From an uncultured Fibrobacteria bacterium (GTDB lineage: Bacteria > Fibrobacterota > Fibrobacteria > UBA11236), in the NCBI GenBank assembly GCA_963716395.1, contig OY970309.1, forward strand, positions 2,880,001-2,944,000: a DNA stretch of 64,000 nucleotides, written 5' to 3'. The translations under genes and the position numbers were made by a program. Below, piece after piece: positions 9,640 through 17,741 of this stretch (position 1 is its first letter; each line of letters starts with the position of its first letter). Under the pieces are notes generated by a model that saw only the letters and a program-made list of their open reading frames with translations, did no database searches and was not told the origin of the DNA.

Positions 9640-10551
9640 TCAAAAATTTCGTCGTACCGTTTCCACCAATTTGCCTTCGGTTCCGATATACAGGACTTCA
9701 TCACCCATCGTGCCATCGCCGAAGGGGTCGGCGCTGTCCACCTCCCACACGCGCAGGGTCAATCCTCCGGCTTCGCGCTTCCAGGCGGCGTCGAAGTGAT
9801 CCGCTCCCCGCGGCAGGCAGGCCAAAGGGTTCGGCAATTGTGCCAGGGATGGATCCGAAAGGGTGGGCCGGGCTTTGGCTTCGCGCCAGGCCGCCTGCAT
9901 GCATGCGGAGACATCGATTTTGGCCTCGAGGGCGGCGGCGGAATCCAGGCGTATGGCGTCGACGGAGAGCAAACCCGCCGCGACCAGAATCCAGACTGCG
10001 ACCAGAACTCCGCGGTTGGTTCCCGAATTTATGTCGAAGCTCGGCAAAGGCGGATGGTCTCCGCGGCTGTGCAGGTCGTCGAGCAAGGTTTTGAGGCGTT
10101 CACGCCATCGCAGCCCGCGTAACCTGCTGACCCGGAACGCCCAGAACCAAACCAGGAGAAACGAAACCGCATCGCCGACCATGGCCGCCCGCCATGCCGC
10201 AGGATGCCGCATGGGGTCCAAACCCGCCGGGATGGCGGCCAGATTGACGAGCACAAGTCCGAGATCGACAATCCAATGGGCGGTGTGCCGGCCGGGCAAC
10301 ACGCGCGCATCGACCGCGATTCCCGCAGCCGACAGGGACGCAGAAACCTTTTCCCAATTTTTTTGCGAGCGCAGCGACAATCGGCGCAGCAGCAGGATCA
10401 TGCCGGTGAGGGCCAAGCCCAAGCGAAAGAGCAAAGGCCCCCAGGGCCAGGTAAAGGCAAATGAGAGTTTCTCAATTTCGACCAGGGCGCATTCCAGGAA
10501 TCCCAGCAAGGCCGCCCACCCGGCCAGCGAAATCCAGAACGAGGTTCGCAT
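9640..10551 (-). CDS. Hypothetical membrane protein
   Basis: About 5 hydrophobic helices; fills the gap between convergent and divergent neighbours; TGn-TAGGAT lies 6 nt before the ATG. Confidence 0.65.
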   Translation of the reverse strand: MRTSFWISLAGWAALLGFLECALVEIEKLSFAFTWPWGPLLFRLGLALTGMILLLRRLSLRSQKNWEKVSASLSAAGIAVDARVLPGRHTAHWIVDLGLVLVNLAAIPAGLDPMRHPAAWRAAMVGDAVSFLLVWFWAFRVSRLRGLRWRERLKTLLDDLHSRGDHPPLPSFDINSGTNRGVLVAVWILVAAGLLSVDAIRLDSAAALEAKIDVSACMQAAWREAKARPTLSDPSLAQLPNPLACLPRGADHFDAAWKREAGGLTLRVWEVDSADPFGDGTMGDEVLYIGTEGKLVETVRRNF

Positions 10552-10772
10552 GGGTTCATCCTATCACTTCCCGTTCCGGCTTTCCCCGCATCTGCTTTCC
10601 CGCGATTCGGAAGAAATGCAGGGTTCCGGTATTTGTTACAGAGTAATGGCGGCGAGAGCGAGATTTGAATCTAATTTGAGAGGAAATAATTGAATCAAAT
10701 CCCCATCTCGGCTAAAATTTGAATGCTGGAAAATTTTTTGCCTGAAAAAAAAATTTAGCCCTGAAATATTGC

Positions 10773-11753
10773 ATGATTCCTCGCAAAGCATCGGCCCTGG
10801 AGGCTTTGTTCGCCCGAATTTTTCGGATTGTCGCGGGTAAAGAATACATCCTCAATGTGCAGTGGAGCCACAGCCGGCAGTCGTATTCGCGGCCACTGCA
10901 TCCCTCATTGATTCGCCTGGTACTCGGTGGCGCGTTTGCTTTGGCCTTGGGATTGGGCTGTCTCGGTTTTGTCATCGGGCGTTGGGCGTTCACCGAGGTG
11001 GAATACCATGTCGTGGTGGCGCGACATCACATGTATCTCGCTTCGCTGCAAAAAACCAAGGCTTCGATGGCGGTGTTCGAGAACATCTTGGATACGGCTT
11101 TTGAGCAAGAGCAGAAAATGCGCGCTCTTTACGGCATCAACACTTTGAGCCAGGCTCAGTCCACCTTCGGTATCGGAGGGCACCGTCATCCCACCGCCGA
11201 GGATTCGAATCTTTCCACGGGACTCTATGAGTCGCTATTCGACGCCGGGCAAAAAAGTCGGCAATTACACGGCAAACTGGAATTCGCTCTGCGGAACTTT
11301 CGCCAAATCTCCGAGTTCGTCGCCTATCGCCAGAACCTGTGGGATCACACGCCTTCGGTGGAGCCGGCCCGTGGCGAGTTGACCAGCCCCTTCGGATTCC
11401 GCGTACATCCCATCACCCACGAATACATCTTTCACGAAGGCGTCGATATTGCCAACAATCCCTGGACCCCGATTTACGCCACGGCCGACGGCATCGTCAG
11501 CGCCACCGAGTCGGGTGGCAACTACGGCAACATGGTGGTCATCGATCATGGGAACGGGTATCAAACCCGGTACGCGCACATGAACCGGATCATGGTGGAA
11601 AAAGGCCAGTTGATCAAGCGCTTCGCCTTGGTCGGATACATGGGCAGCACCGGACTCTCCACCGGCTCCCATGTGCATTATGAAGTCAGGCGCGACGGAG
11701 TTCCCATCAATCCCGAAAAGTTCATCCTGCCCTCCGGCGAAATCGTCGATTAG
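10773..11753 (+). CDS. M23 family metallopeptidase
   Basis: N-terminal TM plus coiled coil; SPFGFRVHPI, HEGVD (HxxxD), YAHM, TGSHVHYEV (HxH). Confidence 0.92.
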   Translation: MIPRKASALEALFARIFRIVAGKEYILNVQWSHSRQSYSRPLHPSLIRLVLGGAFALALGLGCLGFVIGRWAFTEVEYHVVVARHHMYLASLQKTKASMAVFENILDTAFEQEQKMRALYGINTLSQAQSTFGIGGHRHPTAEDSNLSTGLYESLFDAGQKSRQLHGKLEFALRNFRQISEFVAYRQNLWDHTPSVEPARGELTSPFGFRVHPITHEYIFHEGVDIANNPWTPIYATADGIVSATESGGNYGNMVVIDHGNGYQTRYAHMNRIMVEKGQLIKRFALVGYMGSTGLSTGSHVHYEVRRDGVPINPEKFILPSGEIVD

Positions 11754-11851
11754 GATCGGTTCCGACCAATCTCCCCGCAGCCCGCGAAAAAAGAAGCGGG
11801 CATCTTCCATCCCGGGTGTACTAAAATCAGGGCGAACCGCCCTGGTGGAAA

Positions 11852-12871
11852 ATGGTTGTCAAATTAGCCGGCATGCTTTTGCTGCTCGCCGCAGCCGCGG
11901 CGGCCGATGAATTCAGCGACGAGGTTTTCCTGTTGGAAAATTCGGTTCTGAACAGCGGTTCGGCGTCTTCCTTTCCCACTTCATCTTACTCTCCTTCGCG
12001 TTTTCTGAATTATCCCGCGGATGCTTCGGGAGCCCCGTCCATGGCGCTGGAAGCCGAGACCTTGCCCTTGTTCGGCGGGTTGTCGCAGGCCATCAGCGGT
12101 GCGGGCACTTTGGCCTTGCAGCCCGACCTGCGCCTATCCGCTTTCACCTCCATCGTCACCACCTCCGACATTCCCATCCGTCCCATTCTCAGCGGTACGG
12201 CCGAGCAGCGCCAGGTGGATCCATCTTTGCGGCCCGACGATTGCAGCGGCTGCGGCACCCTGCGCGATCGGGTTTATCTGGGGTATCTCAACGTGCTGCG
12301 CGAATTTTCCGGCAATCTTCCGCGCCATGGCATCGCCAGCCGGCCCATTCCCTATATCTTCGACGCGGGCGTCACCGGGAAATATTACTGGGAAGAGTTG
12401 GAAGGCGGCGATTATTACGGGCAGAATCTCAACCTCGACGCCGGCATGAGCCTGCGCGTGCTGTGGGGTTATGATCCCGTGGAGGAGGTTTCCAATCAGA
12501 CCGTGAAAGTTGAGTTTTCCGGCTTCGAACTTTTGCCCACGCGCGAGCGCAGCGATCTCAGCGGCTATACCGTGTACGAAAGCGTCACCCGTCGGTGGCA
12601 TCTCTCCGCCTCGTTCATCCAGGGCGTGCCGCAATGGCGATCCGAATTCGAAGCCGGATTGGAGCAGCGTTCCGAAGGCGGAAGCTGGCCCGCCTTCGGC
12701 GGCGAATGGCGTTTCGCCCGAACCCTGGCCTTGCGCGGCGGCTGGGATGGGAATTATTGGGCCGCCGGTTGTTCGGTGCGCTACCGCTGGCTCACTGTGC
12801 ACTACGCCTTGCAGTATCACGCTCTGGGCACCAGTTACTACCAAGTGTCGCTGCAGATCCAACGGGATTAG
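11852..12871 (+). CDS. Putative outer-membrane beta-barrel protein (PorV/PorQ-like)
   Basis: Signal peptide; amphipathic strands NLDAGMSLR, GGEWRFARTLALRGG, VHYALQYHALGTSYYQVSL. Confidence 0.55.
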   Translation: MVVKLAGMLLLLAAAAAADEFSDEVFLLENSVLNSGSASSFPTSSYSPSRFLNYPADASGAPSMALEAETLPLFGGLSQAISGAGTLALQPDLRLSAFTSIVTTSDIPIRPILSGTAEQRQVDPSLRPDDCSGCGTLRDRVYLGYLNVLREFSGNLPRHGIASRPIPYIFDAGVTGKYYWEELEGGDYYGQNLNLDAGMSLRVLWGYDPVEEVSNQTVKVEFSGFELLPTRERSDLSGYTVYESVTRRWHLSASFIQGVPQWRSEFEAGLEQRSEGGSWPAFGGEWRFARTLALRGGWDGNYWAAGCSVRYRWLTVHYALQYHALGTSYYQVSLQIQRD

Positions 12872-13038
12872 GGTCCGTTAAGAAATAACCGCACCATTCG
12901 GCCGAAGATTCATTCCGCCTAGCTATCCGCCTCTGGCGGACTCGTCGCTTACATACTCCTGGGTTGCGCGCTCCTCGCGCCTTGCCTGGAGGGCGCCTCT
13001 TCGCCCTCGCTTTAACGCAGTCATTTCTTAACGGACCC
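12871..13038. mobile_element. MITE-like non-coding element related to the 8428 element
   Basis: TIRs GGGTCCGTTAAGAAAT and ATTTCTTAACGGACCC flanked by TA. The IR extends perfectly over 24 bp (12863-12886/13023-13046). Internal TCCGCC-TCT-GGCGGA. Confidence 0.72.
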
Positions 13039-13142
13039 TAATCCCGACGGCGGCCGGGGTACCGACCGCGCATTTCCGCGGGAGGTTACAAACTCGTTAC
13101 GTGCGGATTGAAGACTGAAATCCCGCTACCTTTGTCCGACCC

Positions 13143-14876
13143 ATGCTTCTGGATTGGCCTCACGGGCTGGATTTGGTTTTGCTGACCGCCGGATATGCCG
13201 GCTTGGATTTTCTGCTCCGCCAGGATGGGTGGGCGCGTGGAGTTGGCAGACTGGGCCTGGGCCCGCGGCTCGCCGCGGTTTTATGGTTGGCACCCTGCCT
13301 GTGCCTGGCGCCTTTCTGCTCCTGGGGCCTGATCCCGCAAGGACGCGCCTTGCGCCTATTGGCGGGAGTGTTGGCCGCGGCCATGGCCTGGCAGGCCTCG
13401 ACCCGCGACATCGATCCCGTCCTTGGCGAAACGCATTTTCCCGCCCGCGTCGCGGTGGTGGCGTGCACCGTCGGCACCTGGTTCAGCCCGGCATTTTTCG
13501 TGGCCGAGATTTGGTTGCTCTCCACGCCTTTTTCCCTATGGCAGCATCACGCCACCTTGCCCATGCGCCTGATGCTGGCCATGGGCGCGCACCTGATCTT
13601 GACGGGAGCTTTTGCGGCGCTTTCGGGGCTGGCCGGGATTCACGTTCGCCTTTTTCCCGACGCCGCCGCGCTGATATTTTTCGTGATGATGGTTGCGATA
13701 TCGCATTATTTCATCACGGCTTTGGCCAAATGCCGCCTCGGGCCCAAATGGTATTCCTGGGTGACCGACAACCATTTGCACCACTTGGCGGCCAGCGCCT
13801 ATAGCTGGGGCTGGGCGCGCTTTCTACCCTGGCGGGTTTGGCACCGGGTGATCGCCGCGGCCAAGCGCGGGGAGCGGCTGCTGCAATTTCTGGCTTTCGG
13901 TCTGGAATTGCTTTCCCCCTTGGCGCTGTTGCGGCGCGAAGTCGCCATCGGCTTCTGCCTGGCCTGGGCCGGCTTTCATCTCGGCGTCTTCGCCCTGTCC
14001 GGGCTTTTGTTCTGGGATTGGATGGCGGCCGACTTGGCCCTGGCCGCCATGCTCGCCCGGTTGCCGCCGGCGGCGGTCGCCACGGTTTTTGGCCCGGTGG
14101 CGGTGGCGGCATCGCTGATCTTTATGTTTTTATTTCCCCTTCGCCATCGCTTGTGGAAACCCATGCCGCTGGGATGGTTCGATACCCCCTTTACCCAACG
14201 CGTCCATTGGCGGGTGCGGGGCGAAAGCGGAAAAGAATACGGGTTGTACAACGACTTCATGTGTCCGCATGAACGACTGTACGGCAAGGTCAACGGATGT
14301 TTTCTGGCGCCGGTGGCCGTGCTGACCTACCATCTCGGCGAAGTCTGGAAACCCGAATTGCGCGACGCGTTGTGCGCGGCCGGTCCCAGCCTGGAAAGGC
14401 TGGAAGCGGTGCGCGCGCGTTTCGGCATTCGCCCCGGCAGCGCGGAAATGGCCGCCAACCATATCGCCTATTTACGCCGCTTCTTGCGGGCCGTAAACCG
14501 GGGCCGGCGGAAGCATGTGCTGCCGCGTGGGTTGCGCTGGCTCAAGGCGCCGGGTGATCAGGTGTATTACTGGGGCGAGCTGCCCGCCTATCGCGGCCAG
14601 GAGAAAGCCGCAGCCGTCCGGCTGTTCTACCGCGAGGAATACTTCGACGGCACCGCGCTGCGGCGGCTGCGCGAAGAAACTTTGGTGGAATGCGAAGTGG
14701 AAGGCGGCGAGCCGCCACCCGCCGCGCGCGAGCTGACGCCCAAGGAGTTGGATGATTTCCTGCTCGGCCATGCGGCCGGCCGTCTCATCGATTTGCCCGG
14801 CTTTGGAGGCGGCTTTGTCCGCGGCGATGACGGCCGCCCGGGCGTCTCTCCAACGGCAAAAACCGGCTCAGGGTAG
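13143..14876 (+). CDS. Polytopic membrane protein, HTTM/vitamin K-dependent carboxylase-like
   Basis: About 10 TM helices; HYFITALAK...W, GLELLSP, FHLGVFALSGLLF resemble HTTM-domain motifs; soluble C-terminal domain. Confidence 0.55.
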   Translation: MLLDWPHGLDLVLLTAGYAGLDFLLRQDGWARGVGRLGLGPRLAAVLWLAPCLCLAPFCSWGLIPQGRALRLLAGVLAAAMAWQASTRDIDPVLGETHFPARVAVVACTVGTWFSPAFFVAEIWLLSTPFSLWQHHATLPMRLMLAMGAHLILTGAFAALSGLAGIHVRLFPDAAALIFFVMMVAISHYFITALAKCRLGPKWYSWVTDNHLHHLAASAYSWGWARFLPWRVWHRVIAAAKRGERLLQFLAFGLELLSPLALLRREVAIGFCLAWAGFHLGVFALSGLLFWDWMAADLALAAMLARLPPAAVATVFGPVAVAASLIFMFLFPLRHRLWKPMPLGWFDTPFTQRVHWRVRGESGKEYGLYNDFMCPHERLYGKVNGCFLAPVAVLTYHLGEVWKPELRDALCAAGPSLERLEAVRARFGIRPGSAEMAANHIAYLRRFLRAVNRGRRKHVLPRGLRWLKAPGDQVYYWGELPAYRGQEKAAAVRLFYREEYFDGTALRRLREETLVECEVEGGEPPPAARELTPKELDDFLLGHAAGRLIDLPGFGGGFVRGDDGRPGVSPTAKTGSG

Positions 14877-15324
14877 AAACCGATCGCGCTCTTCCGGGGT
14901 GGGTAACCGGCAGGTTTCGCGCTTGCCGAACCAGCGATAACGGTTTTTGGCGACGAAGTCGTAAACGGCGTCGCGCACGAAAACCGGAATGAAGCGCAGC
15001 GGCCGCAAGAGTTTCCACGGGCCGCCCAATCCCTCCAGGGAACGCAACGCCGCTTCGGATTTGTGATGCACCCCTTGGCCGTCCCACAGCAGCATGCTGC
15101 GCAAGGGATCGGCGGAATCGCCGTGGGTTTCGGACACGGGCCCCAGAGATCGAACCCAAAACCGCGGCCGCGGTTTCGCCTTGCAAGGTGGCGAAGCGAA
15201 AATGCTTGCGCCGGTCGCGGGCCAGCATGAAATCCACAAACCCATTGCACAGCACGCAGACTCCGTCGTTGAAAACGATGGGATGGTCGGAAGGATTCGG
15301 AACCGAAGGGTTGGGGCCGGACAT
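14868..15324 (-). CDS. DCC-family thiol-disulfide oxidoreductase (YuxK-like), frameshifted near 15140
   Basis: DGVCVLCN and FRFATLQG in one frame; KSEAAL, RDAVYDFVAKNRYRWFG and CRLPTPEERDRF in another. Removing one G from GGGGCCC on the minus strand restores a single ORF. Confidence 0.85.
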
Positions 15325-15467
15325 TTTGGGGAAGATATAGCTTCACTCGGTCCAATGGGAAAAACGCCGCACAGCGCCGCAATGAACAGAGGTCTGATTT
15401 CAAAGCCGCATGGAAATCAATAAGTGCGCCAGTGTAATGCGAGATACACCGGTTGACGCCGAGCTAG

Positions 15468-15495
15468 GCAAACCTCGCCGGGGGGCGAGGCTTGC
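15468..15495 (-). terminator. GC-rich hairpin downstream of the GSDH gene (possible terminator)
   Basis: GCAAACCTCGCC-GGGG-GGCGAGGCTTGC; no strong U tract. Confidence 0.35.
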
Positions 15496-15510
15496 ACTTC
15501 GAAACCGGGA

Positions 15511-17295
15511 CTAAGGCGCGATGCGCGCTTCCCAAATCCCTTTGGCCAAAAAGGCCGGTAGCTTCACGGCGAGCGGATCGTCGATCTGGCTGCGATGAAA
15601 GCTCCAGACCTTGCGGCCCGAAAGATCGAACAGCTCCAGCGAACGGTAGCCGGTGGGGAGCGTGTAGACCCCATTGGCGGCCATGGGCGATAAGGCCTGT
15701 TGATGCGGACGGGCGGCCAGGGCAGTTGGAGCCACGGGACCAAAGGGCTTGTAGCACGCATCGTCGTAACTGCCGGTATACTCGATGCGGTACAGGGCGC
15801 CCGATCCGGTGCAATATCCGCAATCGCTGAAACGCAGCATGTATAAAGCGCCTTCCGGTCCGAATTGGGCGTCGATATAGCTGGCCTTTGGAAAACCCTG
15901 GGGCGCAAAGGCGCGCACTCCGGCCGTGCCCGCGGGGATATGACCGGTGGAATCCAGCACGATCCACAATAGCGTCTGCCGGCTCCAGTCGAAGAACAGC
16001 ACCTTGCCTTCGTAGTACGGCGGGAATTTCACGGTGGAGGAGAGATTCGGATCATAGCGGTACATTTGGCCGCCGATAGCGGTTTCGGCGCCGTGGTTAA
16101 TGGTCGTGGTGCTGATACCACTGGCATTGAAACGCGGATCATCGTCGGTACTGTTGCCGCTGGTATAGGCCACCAAGGCCGGGACCGAGGGCGGCAAATC
16201 ATGGATACCCGTGTTCACCGGCGAATTATTCACCGGCACCTGGCAGTTGTACAGAGCTCCGCTGAAGGGCGGTATTCCCCAGGGAACGTTATAGCCGTTG
16301 CAATAGGGGTGGCCGTAAAAGCCGGGCGTCATCGCGAGATTCCATTCGTCATGTCCCGAAGGGCCGCGGGTGGGGCTGTCGGCATTGGCATCGGGCCCGA
16401 CTTCACCCCAGAAAATCCATCCCGAGCGCGTATCGACGCGCGGGTGATAAGGGTTGCGATCTCCCATGGCATAAATTTCGTGCCGTACCAAGCTGATGCT
16501 ATCTGTCGCGGACTTCCAATTGGGGTTGAAAGTCGGATCGTTGATTTTCTCCCACAAATTTCCGGTCGGAATGGAATAGGTGTTTCCAATACCGGGGGTC
16601 GGCGTTTGGCCGTCGGCAAAAGGCAGCGGGTGAATGCGGAGCACCTTGCCGCGCAAATCGTTGGTGTTCCCGGCGCTGCGCTGGGCATTGGCACTGGAAA
16701 GGTTGGGATTGATGGGCGCATAGCCGGCGTTATAACTATCATGCGGATCGCTGTTGTCTCCTGCGCCGAAAACCAGATTTCCCAGGGAGTCAAAGCTCAT
16801 GCCGCCCGCGGCGTGGTGATTGTCGTTGGGGTCGCGCTGGAATTGCAAAATCACCTTTTTGTTGGTGAGTTGGTTGTTAGTCACCGTCCAACGGCTTAGT
16901 TCCACGGTGCGGGTAGAGTTGCCGGGCAGGGTGTAGTCGAAGTAAATCCAGTGCGTGGTCTCGAAGTCTGGAGGCGTCGCCACGCCCAAAAGACCGTCTT
17001 CGGTGTCGAAGCGCACCGGGATGTTGCCGACGGTCGATACTTTTTGGGTCGTCGGATCGTACATCTGCACATCGCCGCTTTGCATTTGAATGACGAAAAC
17101 CCGGCCGTCGGGTACGACGCTCATGCCCACGGGCCCCGCGCTGCTATTCGTGGTCTCGGTCAAAGCTCCGCCGGATGCTACTAGGGTAACCGTGCGAAAT
17201 TCCGACCCGGTAGGCTCGACACAGGCGGTTTGGGCGCCGGCTTGCAGAGCCAGACAGAGTGTGAAGAGGGTGCCGGAATAGGCGAAACCACGCAT
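15511..17295 (-). CDS. Secreted PQQ-dependent sugar dehydrogenase (GSDH/sorbosone family) with C-terminal sorting-like domain
   Basis: Signal peptide; EDGLLG, HAAGGMSF, GDN, DLRGKVLRI, EIYAMGDRNPY, GEVGPD, FGPEGALY; tail LELFDLSGRKV. Confidence 0.85.
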   Translation of the reverse strand: MRGFAYSGTLFTLCLALQAGAQTACVEPTGSEFRTVTLVASGGALTETTNSSAGPVGMSVVPDGRVFVIQMQSGDVQMYDPTTQKVSTVGNIPVRFDTEDGLLGVATPPDFETTHWIYFDYTLPGNSTRTVELSRWTVTNNQLTNKKVILQFQRDPNDNHHAAGGMSFDSLGNLVFGAGDNSDPHDSYNAGYAPINPNLSSANAQRSAGNTNDLRGKVLRIHPLPFADGQTPTPGIGNTYSIPTGNLWEKINDPTFNPNWKSATDSISLVRHEIYAMGDRNPYHPRVDTRSGWIFWGEVGPDANADSPTRGPSGHDEWNLAMTPGFYGHPYCNGYNVPWGIPPFSGALYNCQVPVNNSPVNTGIHDLPPSVPALVAYTSGNSTDDDPRFNASGISTTTINHGAETAIGGQMYRYDPNLSSTVKFPPYYEGKVLFFDWSRQTLLWIVLDSTGHIPAGTAGVRAFAPQGFPKASYIDAQFGPEGALYMLRFSDCGYCTGSGALYRIEYTGSYDDACYKPFGPVAPTALAARPHQQALSPMAANGVYTLPTGYRSLELFDLSGRKVWSFHRSQIDDPLAVKLPAFLAKGIWEARIAP

Positions 17296-17741
17296 ACAAA
17301 TCTCCTTTTGCGTTTATGAATCACGACGCGGGTTGTCGGCCGGCAAGCATGCTTCGCAACCAATTGCCAGGCTGCGATTTTCTCTACACTTCGTATGCCC
17401 TGAATTGCCAAAAATTTGGCATTCAAAGTAGCCGTCTCTCCGCTTTCCCATCGGGCTTAAATATATAGCCAACCGCCCAAATTGAATGGCCGGATCCTCG
17501 TTTTTTGCCTTTTTGCCCAGCGTTACCCTTAAAGCACCTTCGGGATAACGATTTAAGCACAGCTTACAGGCCGAAGCGCAGTTTTGAATTCACCGGTACC
17601 AAGCCCCAAGTCGTCTTTCATTATCTGTCGTGAAATGTCGTTTCTGGTTATACCGCCTTGGATATTTTTGGCCAGTTCCGCCCCGCGATTCCGGCATTTG
17701 TCAGGAAATATCCTGGCCCAGTCCTTGCAGGTCGCCCGTTT

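Noticed and set aside
15466-15500. GGCAAAC plus hairpin as a c-di-GMP-I riboswitch
   Set aside because: No GNRA loop or following GACGCAAAG, and it lies at a gene 3' end on the opposite strand; better read as a terminator-like hairpin.
17355-17370. Sigma54-like TGGCA...TTGC on the minus strand
   Set aside because: GG-to-GC spacing is 9 nt rather than the required 10.
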